From a virus (lineage: Duplodnaviria > Caudoviricetes): a stretch of DNA of 64,000 nucleotides. Position numbers and translations under genes: made by a program. Location of the stretch: positions 116,351-180,350 of the IMG/VR virus record IMGVR_UViG_3300033074_001484; one strand, written 5' to 3'. Every line of letters begins with the position of its first letter. Position 1 is the first letter of the stretch. The notes under the pieces were generated by a model. The model had not been told where the DNA came from and made no database searches. It saw only the letters and a program-made list of their open reading frames with translations. Of the stretch, positions 20,228-29,444 are shown piece after piece.

Positions 20228-20845
20228 CTAAACAGCCCCTATATATAAATTACTTCCACTATATACAAATGCCCCAAGTTCTACCGTTGGCAAGGTATCA
20301 AAACTATGTAACACAAGCAACCCTTCACCATTTATCTTGGCAATTAAAGTTGAACCACTATAAACTTCCAACGAATTAGTAAGAGGATCGTCATGGGTAA
20401 TAATTAAACTACCTGAAACCTGTACCCCTCCATTAACACCATATATGGTAGATAATATTGATCCGGTTGGAGATATAAATGAAACACCATCAACCCCAAC
20501 ATTTAATTTTTTCCAAGGTAAATTCGTTGTACCTAATGAAAACACGCTGGAACTGTACGGGGTTAGTGAGCTTGATATAGTATTAGTAAATGCAATTGAA
20601 TGTGAAGTTTCCCACACTAAAGATGATACTTGATAAAATGGTGTTAATAATTGACCCGTTATATCCCCAATAGGTCCCCTTATCCCCTGTATACCTCTTT
20701 CAATTACAGTAACAATTCTGTTAGGAGCTTCGATATATTGGGTATCACTTTGCTCATTTTGATATACGGTGACCTTACGTATCTCTGACGTTGTAGGCAC
20801 CACCGTTGATGGGGCTGAATATTCTGTAACAATGGTTGTACTCAC
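20228..20845 (-). CDS. putative structural protein with a short collagen-like G-X-Y stretch
   Basis: GIQGIRGPIG; SLG-x4-PWK fibre-like motif. Confidence 0.55.
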   Translation of the reverse strand: MSTTIVTEYSAPSTVVPTTSEIRKVTVYQNEQSDTQYIEAPNRIVTVIERGIQGIRGPIGDITGQLLTPFYQVSSLVWETSHSIAFTNTISSSLTPYSSSVFSLGTTNLPWKKLNVGVDGVSFISPTGSILSTIYGVNGGVQVSGSLIITHDDPLTNSLEVYSGSTLIAKINGEGLLVLHSFDTLPTVELGAFVYSGSNLYIGAV

Positions 20846-21240
20846 CGAGTGACATTCCTACTAATTTTAACCTTACCTTCAAGAACACGTACTACATATT
20901 CAGATACACCTGACCCACTATATAATTCAATATCATAATAACCGTCTTGGAACGTAAACAGGCTACTACTGTATGCACTTATTTGGATTGAAAACGACCC
21001 AGATGAGCGTGGTAATGTTACCGATTCACTTACAGGCGTCATATTGATTCCCGTACCATCTTCCGTAATAGTTGTTGTTAATCTGGCATATACTGTAGAT
21101 GACTCGATTTGCGGTCGAATATGCATACGCGCCTCATAACCTGTCAAATTTATAGGTGTACCATCCGCATTGGTATACAATATGCGGGTATTAAAGGTAC
21201 TACCTTGCTCAATTATAAATGTATGTCTACCTGCTGCCAT
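20842..21240 (-). CDS. fibre adaptor, beta-sandwich (BppU N-terminal-like)
   Basis: IEQGSTF...PINLTGYEARMHIR...YDIEL...RVLEGKV pattern. Confidence 0.65.
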   Translation of the reverse strand: MAAGRHTFIIEQGSTFNTRILYTNADGTPINLTGYEARMHIRPQIESSTVYARLTTTITEDGTGINMTPVSESVTLPRSSGSFSIQISAYSSSLFTFQDGYYDIELYSGSGVSEYVVRVLEGKVKISRNVTR

Positions 21241-21251
21241 ATTATATCCTA

Positions 21252-21917
21252 CTAACTATTATACAACAACCTCAATATTTCATCAATTGCCTCGTGTCTA
21301 TAATTTTGAGTTAATGTTGCAATATAAACATATGCAGAGTCTCTTAATTTGGGAATGTCATGTATAGCAGACGTATCTGTATATTTCAAATCTATTTGTC
21401 GATTATCACCACATAATATCATTAAACTATTTTTACCCAAACGACCCAATACCATTGTCAATTGCTGCTTAGTTAAATTTTGAACTTCGTCAATAATACA
21501 CACACTATTAGTGAATGTTCGGCCACGGAAATGACTCAATGACACCAATTCAATTAAACCTTTATCCTCACACTTCTTTAAGTATTCCGGATGATTGTAT
21601 ACCTGACGCATGTTATCTCTGATAGGTACTAACCAAGGCTCCATTTTTTCTTCCAATGAACCGGGCAAAAACCCATTATCCTCGGTACCCACAGTTGGTC
21701 TGGTTATTACAATCTTTTCAACCTCTCTTTTAAACAATTTATCCAATGCTATTTGAACTGCGAGCAGGGTTTTACCTGACCCTGCTTGTCCTAATATAAA
21801 TGATACAGGATGATTTAATATATGTCCCTTTGCAATTTTTTGTTCATCTGATAATTGGATATTATATGTTAATTCAGTTTTAGGTTTTCTCTTGTTTAAA
21901 TTACTTTCCATCTCCAT
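21252..21917 (-). CDS. phoH: PhoH-like ATPase
   Basis: GQAGSGKT Walker A, GFLPG, RGRTF, IIDEVQN, GD-x2-QID. Confidence 0.93.
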   Translation of the reverse strand: MEMESNLNKRKPKTELTYNIQLSDEQKIAKGHILNHPVSFILGQAGSGKTLLAVQIALDKLFKREVEKIVITRPTVGTEDNGFLPGSLEEKMEPWLVPIRDNMRQVYNHPEYLKKCEDKGLIELVSLSHFRGRTFTNSVCIIDEVQNLTKQQLTMVLGRLGKNSLMILCGDNRQIDLKYTDTSAIHDIPKLRDSAYVYIATLTQNYRHEAIDEILRLLYNS

Positions 21918-21929
21918 ACAAACTTTTTA

Positions 21930-21938
21930 TATAAATAG
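21930..21938 (-). promoter_or_regulatory. candidate late promoter CTATTTATA
   Basis: Upstream of phoH, after the capsid terminator. Confidence 0.65.
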
Positions 21939-21945
21939 TATTATA

Positions 21946-21977
21946 TAACACAAAGGCCACCCAAAATTTGGGCGGCC
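21946..21977 (-). terminator. intrinsic terminator after the major capsid gene
   Basis: Minus strand GGCCGCCCA-AATTT-TGGGTGGCC followed by TTTGTGTT. Confidence 0.7.
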
Positions 21978-22002
21978 CTCATGTAATTTACCATTAGTAG
22001 AT

Positions 22003-23664
22003 TTAGATTAAGTGCAATCCTTCTACATATAGTTTTGCGTAGAATTCCGGACGTGTTACTTTCTTTCCGTAACGTGTCATCACGCCCTTCCTTGGTGTGA
22101 AGTTATCCGGATCATACAGTAATGGTGTCATCATAAGCGGAATATATGGTGAATACACCGCACCTGTTTCAAGGTAATTACTTCCCCGGAATCCGACAAG
22201 GATCAGATTTTCGAGCATGTACGGGTTTTTATAAACATCCCATTGATTTTTGATACCACCAATCTTTTGTACTCCCATTGCAAATTTTGCCTGAGTCCCA
22301 TCCGTATCAGCAGCAAATCCCGGTATAGATTCCAAAATAGTTGCAATTGTCGGTGAAGTGACTATAAAGTTTGCACCGCCCCGAAGGGTTAATTGGTGAA
22401 TTTTATTAGACAACTTCTGCAATTTAGTACCAATTGTCTGGAACCATGTACCTTGATTATACGCTGTCACGTTTGCAGCAGATAATTCAAATGCAGACCC
22501 ATTGTGCTGATATCCAATGCGAGTTGACCAGTAGTCAACTGTCGGTGCTTCGGATATAATCATATCAAGAATTTCAAGATCAATTTCCATAGAAATGTAC
22601 TCACTTAAAATTCCAGTCAATTCCGCCTCGGCATCGATGTTCTGATACGCATTGATATCTTGTGCAAATTCTGGTGTCCATACAGCTTTCAACTTACGAG
22701 TTTTAGCCACAATAGGCTCACTACGCATTTGAAGATCGATTTCTGGAATATCAAGCTGTTCACGTGCGCTACCTGCTTGTGTTTTTCCTTCTTCAAAATC
22801 ACCCCGCGTTACGTCTGTCGGCTGCTTATGGTAATTAACAGTAATCGTCTGTGATCCAGTAGCAGCGGCAGAACCAGAAACTACAAAGGAAATCAGACCG
22901 GTTGTTGAATTATACTTAGTGAATGCCTGATACACATCGTGTACAAGTGTTCCACTCGCATTTGACAGTGTAAACGCACGAACACCATGTGGATCAAATC
23001 CAGAAATGGCATCCTTGTGAATTATCACTTTATGAATTCGTGATCCACCAACCAATAATGATTGCGAGAACGCGCTATCGTGGTTATAATCCGCACTCGC
23101 TAATGAACCAGTTGTCCATGTAGTTGAATTTGCAGACGATCCACCAACCAATGCTGATGACGAATAATCATTTATCGTGTATCCAAATCGACCTGCCCCA
23201 TACAGACCTTCGGTTGGAGTAGCATCCCCATATGATGCAGCAGTTCCCCGATTTGCATCGGTCACACCCATCAACGAATCGTTCTGTGAATCTTTACCAG
23301 CACCAGTGTTAAATCCGGGCTGCCCAGTAGAATACTTAAACTCAAGCCAAAACACAAGACCGGATGGTAAATTCATTGGCTGTACACTTACGAATTCTTT
23401 AGCTGAAATCTCGGCAAAAATTCTACGCACAAGCGGCAATGCTATACCAGACCACTCTTCACTATTTGCAGACGTACCAGTGCTATTCGCTTCTGTTACC
23501 AACTGCTTTGCTTGGTTTTCGAGCATGACGGCCATCATCATCTTGTCCCGAACCTTTAAATCTTCAAGAAGGCCAGTTTTTTCCCACTTTTTTGCAAGTG
23601 CAACGGCTCTGGCCCTTTGATTCGCATGATCGCCTTGCGGCAGTAAGCTATTTACATTAGACAT
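22003..23664 (-). CDS. major capsid protein (T4 gp23-like)
   Basis: LPLVRR, VSVQPM-x2-PSGLVF, AKTRKLKAVWTPE-x-AQD, YSPYIPL, FTPRKGVMTRY. Confidence 0.97.
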   Translation of the reverse strand: MSNVNSLLPQGDHANQRARAVALAKKWEKTGLLEDLKVRDKMMMAVMLENQAKQLVTEANSTGTSANSEEWSGIALPLVRRIFAEISAKEFVSVQPMNLPSGLVFWLEFKYSTGQPGFNTGAGKDSQNDSLMGVTDANRGTAASYGDATPTEGLYGAGRFGYTINDYSSSALVGGSSANSTTWTTGSLASADYNHDSAFSQSLLVGGSRIHKVIIHKDAISGFDPHGVRAFTLSNASGTLVHDVYQAFTKYNSTTGLISFVVSGSAAATGSQTITVNYHKQPTDVTRGDFEEGKTQAGSAREQLDIPEIDLQMRSEPIVAKTRKLKAVWTPEFAQDINAYQNIDAEAELTGILSEYISMEIDLEILDMIISEAPTVDYWSTRIGYQHNGSAFELSAANVTAYNQGTWFQTIGTKLQKLSNKIHQLTLRGGANFIVTSPTIATILESIPGFAADTDGTQAKFAMGVQKIGGIKNQWDVYKNPYMLENLILVGFRGSNYLETGAVYSPYIPLMMTPLLYDPDNFTPRKGVMTRYGKKVTRPEFYAKLYVEGLHLI

Positions 23665-23681
23665 TTTATCATCTCCATTTT

Positions 23682-24701
23682 TTATAATTCAGCAGCTTTT
23701 ATTCCTGCAATAACTTTCCATCTATCTGCAAAATCATATTGAGTTTTCACAGGAGCACGATTTTCAGTTATTGGACGTGTCGCAACCTTTTTAGGATTAG
23801 CAATAGATTTAGATTTGCTACGTGCTTTTGTACCGCTTGTAAATTGCCCTGAAAGGGTTTTGTAAATCATACTCGCATCATTTACAGTTTTAGAGCGATC
23901 AAATGCTTCCAATACTTTTTCTTGTTGTGACTGAGTTAGTTTATAGTTGCGAATTATTTTTGTCGCATACATCAACTTTGCATTCAGCAAGTTTACCTCG
24001 TTAATTGCTTTCCGCAGCACACTGTTCGCACGTGTTGCCTCTTGTAATTTACGAGTTAATTGTGCAACTTCCGATTGGGTAGATGGTTTAACTGGATGTC
24101 GTTTTTCAGTATTCTTTACTGTCTTACGATTATTAGAGTTTTCTCGCATTTCACGCTTCATACCCCTAATAAGACTTTCGATAACATCTTCATCTTCTTC
24201 ACCACCTAAATCCTCGCCTCCTAATTCTTCCTCGCCTCCTAAATCATCAAGTGGTTCTTCTTCACCACCTAAATCCTCGCCTCCTAAATCATCAAGTGGT
24301 TCTTCTTCACCACCTAAATCCTCGCCTCCTAATTCTTCCTCGCCTCCTAAATCTCCAAAGTCAAAATAATTAAAATCGAACTCACCATCTTCCTCACCCT
24401 CAAGTTCAGAAATCATTGAATCCAATTCCGTCTCACTTATTTGAAAATCATCATCAAGCTCTTCGGCACCTTCCTCCGATAAATTATCCGCAGGTGTGCC
24501 ATCTTGTCCATCATCCACATAATCTTCTTCGGATAGTTCCAAATCATCACCAGATAGTTCATCTTCCTCCGCAATTTTGGCGGACACCATCCTCTGAATT
24601 TGTGGTTGGAATGTTTCTGCTATAGCCGCCTTCGCATTTTCAATTGCAAGTGTTCGGACTCTGTTAGCATCTGCAATGGCTTCATCTAATAATTTACCCA
24701 T
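23682..24701 (-). CDS. prohead scaffolding / core protein (gp22-like)
   Basis: Directly upstream of the MCP gene; acidic linker and coiled coil; ends RWKVIAGI. Confidence 0.8.
   Translation of the reverse strand: MGKLLDEAIADANRVRTLAIENAKAAIAETFQPQIQRMVSAKIAEEDELSGDDLELSEEDYVDDGQDGTPADNLSEEGAEELDDDFQISETELDSMISELEGEEDGEFDFNYFDFGDLGGEEELGGEDLGGEEEPLDDLGGEDLGGEEEPLDDLGGEEELGGEDLGGEEDEDVIESLIRGMKREMRENSNNRKTVKNTEKRHPVKPSTQSEVAQLTRKLQEATRANSVLRKAINEVNLLNAKLMYATKIIRNYKLTQSQQEKVLEAFDRSKTVNDASMIYKTLSGQFTSGTKARSKSKSIANPKKVATRPITENRAPVKTQYDFADRWKVIAGIKAAEL
24197..24355. repeat. coding repeats encoding (D/E)LGGE(E/D) units in the scaffold protein
   Basis: Repeated cctcgcctcctaa and tcttcttcaccacctaaat units. 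Confidence 0.85.
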
Positions 24702-24717
24702 GTTGTTTTCTCCAAAA

Positions 24718-24776
24718 TAAGATTATTCAAATCTTAACCGTATTGTGTGATATCTTAATTAAGTATTTAACTTAAT
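24718..24776 (-). promoter_or_regulatory. two equal-sized hairpins in the scaffold-capsid operon leader
   Basis: taagatt-attca-aatctta (24718-24736) and attaagt-attta-acttaat (24758-24776). Confidence 0.5.
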
Positions 24777-24812
24777 ATTCTTTTTAATATATAGTTGAAA
24801 AATATGAAAAAC

Positions 24813-25190
24813 TCAATATCTCGCATTTATTTTTTTAATTATCATCCGCATCCGTCTTCCAAATTCACTATCAAAATCCATAAGCATTTTAGAAACTTGG
24901 GTTGATAACGCTTTTTTTATTAGATTATAATACGAATTTAATTGTAATTTCAACTCTTTTGCAGTAGGATCGTTATTCTTAACTGCCATGATATATGCAG
25001 ATTGTAGTTTGGCAATTTTATCTGGAAGTTTAATGGTATGCTTAACATTTGCACCGCCACCGTAAATGTTAACACTCAATGAAATAGTGCCGGGAGTACG
25101 ACCAGTTTCAATATCTACCCCATCTGAAAAACCCCCACTGAGATTTTTCATATCGTAACGTATCTTTTTTTCAACTAAATGTGACGACAT
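24813..25190 (-). CDS. hypothetical protein (possible internal head protein)
   Basis: 125 aa, N-terminal HLVE. Confidence 0.65.
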   Translation of the reverse strand: MSSHLVEKKIRYDMKNLSGGFSDGVDIETGRTPGTISLSVNIYGGGANVKHTIKLPDKIAKLQSAYIMAVKNNDPTAKELKLQLNSYYNLIKKALSTQVSKMLMDFDSEFGRRMRMIIKKINARY

Positions 25191-25192
25191 TT

Positions 25193-25417
25193 TTATTTAG
25201 ATTTACGTTGTTTATATATAGCATCCTGCACTTGTTTCCTTCGTCTGACACTACGTTTAACAAATTCTTTTCGAGAATGTAATTCATTTACAATTCCTGC
25301 CTCTTTATACATTCGTTTAAACACTGACAATGCTGCTGACAAACTATCACCAACTGTCACACCAACACCAGAACCGGGCAATATACAATTCAGGTAATGT
25401 TTATTCTTTTCAATCAT
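25193..25417 (-). CDS. rpsU: phage-encoded 30S ribosomal protein bS21
   Basis: V-x-VGDSLSAALSVFKR-x4-AGIVNEL-x2-RKEFVK-x-SVRRR...AIYKQ matches the bS21 pattern; basic, 74 aa. Confidence 0.85.
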   Translation of the reverse strand: MIEKNKHYLNCILPGSGVGVTVGDSLSAALSVFKRMYKEAGIVNELHSRKEFVKRSVRRRKQVQDAIYKQRKSK

Positions 25418-25420
25418 AAC

Positions 25421-25636
25421 TTATATATTTAAATTAATTAATTTTTCCCATTGATTACGTGATAACGTAATTTGACTTGAAATACTTCCATTAACATAAA
25501 CCCTAAGATATATCGTATCCTCTTCTGATTCTACATACACCTCATTATACATTGCAGCGTCTGGTGATTCTAATTTAATCTTGGCCTCATGCAACGCATT
25601 GTTTACAATTGATTCAAAATCCATACCCATTAACAC
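25421..25636 (-). CDS. hypothetical protein
   Basis: 71 aa in a tightly packed head cluster. Confidence 0.6.
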   Translation of the reverse strand: MLMGMDFESIVNNALHEAKIKLESPDAAMYNEVYVESEEDTIYLRVYVNGSISSQITLSRNQWEKLINLNI

Positions 25637-25945
25637 TTAATCTGTTAACTTAGATTTTCTCATCAATCTATCAAAATTTTCTTTTAACGTTGAATTTGCA
25701 AACGTTTTAGATACTTTCAATTTACCTTCTGGTAGTAATGATTTCAACTTTCGTTGTACAATGTCATCCTTGACATCCAACCACACTACTTGATTAGATT
25801 CCCGTATAGCCAATGATTGCACTGATGGATTCATTCTAAACAATGTACTCCCATCTGAATGTAATAAATCCCCAGTGGCTGATTGCCCTTTAGTGAATTT
25901 CAAAATGGCCAATAAATCTTTTTTACTATATTTCACCTTATTCAT
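25637..25945 (-). CDS. hypothetical protein
   Basis: 102 aa, AGGGGTG SD. Confidence 0.65.
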   Translation of the reverse strand: MNKVKYSKKDLLAILKFTKGQSATGDLLHSDGSTLFRMNPSVQSLAIRESNQVVWLDVKDDIVQRKLKSLLPEGKLKVSKTFANSTLKENFDRLMRKSKLTD

Positions 25946-25961
25946 AATACACCCCTATCAT

Positions 25962-26411
25962 TTAAATGTCATAATATCTCTTTAACAAATGTCCAATATC
26001 TTCATATGCCGCCTCTAATCGTTGTTGGCGTTGTATTATCTCAGCAGCTTCAGTTTTCATGACCTTGACAGCATCTTTCATTTGTTTTATATGTCGCGAT
26101 GCAGTGACTTTGTCAAACCATCCATCAGTTTCAGACAAAGTAACACTTTCGGCAGCATTCACCATTTTTTCAATTGCACCAACAGCCTCTTTAAATTTTC
26201 CACTGCGATAAATATCGGTGCCCATCTCTGAAAACTTTTTAATTGCATTCAAAAATTGCCGCTTATCGGGTATAGGAATAGATGGCTTTGCTTCATCCTC
26301 TGCTTCAAAGATAAATCGGTTAGCTTCGTATAAATCTGCTAATGTTCGCAATCGTCCAACTTTACGACCGATTCCATAGCTATTTTTATAAGACCGTTTC
26401 ATATACAACAT
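25962..26411 (-). CDS. hypothetical head-cluster protein
   Basis: 149 aa, helical; DGWFD...YEDIG-x2-L-x-RYY; overlaps the protease stop. Confidence 0.7.
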   Translation of the reverse strand: MLYMKRSYKNSYGIGRKVGRLRTLADLYEANRFIFEAEDEAKPSIPIPDKRQFLNAIKKFSEMGTDIYRSGKFKEAVGAIEKMVNAAESVTLSETDGWFDKVTASRHIKQMKDAVKVMKTEAAEIIQRQQRLEAAYEDIGHLLKRYYDI

Positions 26412-27019
26412 ACTCCGGATAATTCACATATTATATCTCTAATAAGTATTTCAGCAGTTACATTTCGTGATGTCAAATTTTCATTTACATTTTCCGACAT
26501 TGGCCGCATGAATGCCCCGTGCGTGGACGGGTTCGATACAAAATCAAACGTTACTAATTCAAAGTCAGATTGAACTTCTAATGTTTCAGAATCATCTTCA
26601 TGTAATGTTTTTACAGAACCCAACCCTCGTGATGAAATTCCAAGTGTAATTCCTGATTTAAATAATTCCTTCAAAATATTCCCTGACGGTGTGTTTAATA
26701 TTTCAACCACACCCACGACATCATCACCATCCCAATCAATCTCAATAATATTATGTGACACATTCTTTAAATTAACAATACCACTATCAGGATGATCCAG
26801 TTCACCCAGTGCGCGTTTATCCTTCACCTCATTGTTTTTATACCTTGCTATTTCTCGCTCCAAAATAGGTCTCGGATATACTCGACCATTTTCATTCTTA
26901 GCATTCGCACGTTGTAGTATACCTTTTACAATAAGACGGCCATTATTACGCTCCATAGATTCGACTATGGCGTTCCGATCAAATGTAAATGGTATATATT
27001 CAAGTAGTAATTTAGACAT
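26399..27019 (-). CDS. prohead core protease (T4 gp21-like)
   Basis: N-x-NGRVYP, ALGELDHP, VSH, LGISSRG-x-GS, DFVSNPST. Confidence 0.95.
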   Translation of the reverse strand: MSKLLLEYIPFTFDRNAIVESMERNNGRLIVKGILQRANAKNENGRVYPRPILEREIARYKNNEVKDKRALGELDHPDSGIVNLKNVSHNIIEIDWDGDDVVGVVEILNTPSGNILKELFKSGITLGISSRGLGSVKTLHEDDSETLEVQSDFELVTFDFVSNPSTHGAFMRPMSENVNENLTSRNVTAEILIRDIICELSGVCCI

Positions 27020-27020
27020 A

Positions 27021-28190
27021 TTATTTACTCATCTCCCTTACTATATTACTAATTTTCAATAATCTTTCTGATATCTTTTTCAGTTTAGGTAACGTTGATT
27101 TCCAATACACATCCTGTCCCATGCCTCCTTCACCCTTAAATTTATTAGCGCGTTTCACAGTCTGTTCAATTTCATACAACTTTCTATGAACTTCGTTAAT
27201 TACCGCATTTAACTTTTGCCGGGGGGTTTGCTTATCATCACTCGCCCATTCATCATAGGTGGCTTCGCTAAGTACTTTTTTTATTCGCCGTTTACCTAAA
27301 TCATATAGAGATTCGATAATTTCATATCCAGTGGATGTAGTAGAATTTTGATATTGTTTTCTCATATCTTCTTTTGAAGACGATGGCCGGTGAAATGCTC
27401 CGGGAGTTCTAATTTGCCCCTCACCACCATCCAAATTTGATGTAGTATTTTCACTTAAATGATTACCATTTTCATCTACTAACGTCAAACCACCATGATC
27501 ATCCTCAAACCATATATTAGGATAAAATTTGTGTTTATACATCCAAGTTTTAACCGCATTCCATGCGTCCTCATCTTCAGTAAATGTCCCTATATGCTTA
27601 CCGGAAGCACTCACTGATAACTTCCAACCATTTGACGATACAATTATATCATCCTCAGATGGTCCATCAGCCGACATATCCTCATCATCACTCGCCCATT
27701 CATCATAGGTGGCTTCGCTAAGTACTTTTTTTATTCGCCGTTTACCTAAATCATATAGAGATTCGATAATTTCATATCCAGTGGATGTAGTAGAATTTTG
27801 ATATTGTTTTCTCATATCTTCTTTTGAAGACGATGGCCGGTGAAATGCTCCGGGAGTTCTAATTTGCCCCTCACCACCATCCAAATTTGATGTAGTATTT
27901 TCACTTAAATGATTACCATTTTCATCTACTAACGTCAAACCACCATGATCATCCTCAAACCATATATTAGGATAAAATTTGTGTTTATACATCCAAGTTT
28001 TAACCGCATTCCATGCGTCCTCATCTTCAGTAAATGTCCCTATATGCTTACCGGAAGCACTCACTGATAACTTCCAACCATTTGACGATACAATTATATC
28101 ATCCTCAGATGGTCCATCAGCCGACATATCCTCATCATCCGAAATTTCATTATCAAATCTTTCCGAAAGCAGTTTTATTAAATTGTCCAT
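27021..28190 (-). CDS. hypothetical head-cluster protein with an exact 150-aa internal duplication
   Basis: 389 aa; two identical copies of DDEDMSADG...ATYDEWAS. Confidence 0.75.
   Translation of the reverse strand: MDNLIKLLSERFDNEISDDEDMSADGPSEDDIIVSSNGWKLSVSASGKHIGTFTEDEDAWNAVKTWMYKHKFYPNIWFEDDHGGLTLVDENGNHLSENTTSNLDGGEGQIRTPGAFHRPSSSKEDMRKQYQNSTTSTGYEIIESLYDLGKRRIKKVLSEATYDEWASDDEDMSADGPSEDDIIVSSNGWKLSVSASGKHIGTFTEDEDAWNAVKTWMYKHKFYPNIWFEDDHGGLTLVDENGNHLSENTTSNLDGGEGQIRTPGAFHRPSSSKEDMRKQYQNSTTSTGYEIIESLYDLGKRRIKKVLSEATYDEWASDDKQTPRQKLNAVINEVHRKLYEIEQTVKRANKFKGEGGMGQDVYWKSTLPKLKKISERLLKISNIVREMSK
27234..28139. repeat. perfect 450-bp tandem duplication
   Basis: 27234-27689 is identical to 27684-28139, with a 6-bp atcatc overlap at the junction. 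Confidence 0.95.
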
Positions 28191-28192
28191 AA

Positions 28193-28552
28193 TTAACCTG
28201 CCAATAATTTAGTTATAGTATTTTTAACATGTATTTTTAACACACTTTCAATAATTGCAGATTTTGACATTTTCGCAATTTTAACAGATTTACCATCCCA
28301 TTCAGAGCCATTCAAAAACAACGTATTATTATGTTCGACCAATGTTACGCCCGGTAATTTATTTAACACGTTTTGGAGTTTTGCATTTTTTAATACATTT
28401 TTACCATTAATAACCAAATGATTCCCCTCAACAATCTTTGCAACAACCACATCATCAACTACTAATGATTTATTTTTTGATTTAATACTACCAAATCTTC
28501 CATCTTTACCTGCGCAAAATTTTAATATCACCTTGTCATTTAATGGAATCAT
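28193..28552 (-). CDS. hypothetical protein
   Basis: 119 aa, basic. Confidence 0.6.
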   Translation of the reverse strand: MIPLNDKVILKFCAGKDGRFGSIKSKNKSLVVDDVVVAKIVEGNHLVINGKNVLKNAKLQNVLNKLPGVTLVEHNNTLFLNGSEWDGKSVKIAKMSKSAIIESVLKIHVKNTITKLLAG

Positions 28553-28560
28553 GCCAATCC

Positions 28561-29400
28561 TTATAATTTTGTATTTAATTCATAATATTTCAAAAGAGAT
28601 GTAAGGTGGTTATCTTGGATAGTTCGACTTGTTGTTATAATATCTATGAGTTTTATAGCCTCTGATAATTTTATTCGTAACACATTATCCGCCAAACCAT
28701 CCAATTTTTTTGTCAAAGAACTCTTCAATTGTTTACATTCTGTATAAACATAATCTCTAAATTCCGTAGATTTGACATCATCGTATATATATCTTCTAAG
28801 AAGTTCTCGTTGTTTTGGTTGTAAAACGCTATAAGTTTTATTGAATTTTTCCAACAGCATTTTAAATGACATAACTTGTAAATCAGGACTTAGCTCCCGC
28901 CATTTTTGAATGTCATCATTAATAGTATTTTCACTATTATTTTCACCAGTATCATGTTCAATTAACGTCTCCAAGGCTACCACAATATCATCTGGATATA
29001 TATCAGGCTTTCCAAATCCTTCAAATAATTTATATACCGATGCAAAAATTTTATAGTTTTGAACGCGATTTGCAAAAAAGTCATTTTCAGAATATTTTGC
29101 CTTCAACTCACCAATAAGTTTAAACTTTTCAAGATTCAACTTTTCAAGATTCAACCGATTTCGGCCTTTAATGGTTACATCAACCAACCGGTCAATTGGT
29201 ATTAATTTTTTAGTGCGATTTGTAATTGAGTGATAATAACTCAACTCTTTAAATAATTCTGTTTTTGGATTGAAATATTTGCGTATAAGTGAATACGCTG
29301 TCGGGTTTTTATTGTTCAATAATTCGGAAACTACCATTTTAGATAGTATCTCAAACAATAATCCAGTATTTTTATACTTATTATGTTTTATCCGCTTCAT
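28561..29400 (-). CDS. hypothetical head-assembly region protein next to the portal
   Basis: MKRIKHNKYKNTGLLFEIL start (ATG 29400 has AGGTG upstream); TATTTATA motif upstream. Confidence 0.75.
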   Translation of the reverse strand: MKRIKHNKYKNTGLLFEILSKMVVSELLNNKNPTAYSLIRKYFNPKTELFKELSYYHSITNRTKKLIPIDRLVDVTIKGRNRLNLEKLNLEKFKLIGELKAKYSENDFFANRVQNYKIFASVYKLFEGFGKPDIYPDDIVVALETLIEHDTGENNSENTINDDIQKWRELSPDLQVMSFKMLLEKFNKTYSVLQPKQRELLRRYIYDDVKSTEFRDYVYTECKQLKSSLTKKLDGLADNVLRIKLSEAIKLIDIITTSRTIQDNHLTSLLKYYELNTKL

Positions 29401-29417
29401 GCACACCTAATATTTAC

Positions 29418-29426
29418 TATAAATAT
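29418..29426 (-). promoter_or_regulatory. candidate late promoter ATATTTATA
   Basis: Upstream of start 29400 (head cluster including bS21). Confidence 0.65.
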
Positions 29427-29444
29427 GAAATTAGTGTATAAAAA

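Noticed and set aside
19655-24369. Plus-strand ORFs such as 19655-20215, 23177-23620 and 23947-24369
   Set aside because: Antisense to well-supported fibre, capsid and scaffold genes; the Ser/Pro repeats simply mirror the acidic scaffold repeats.
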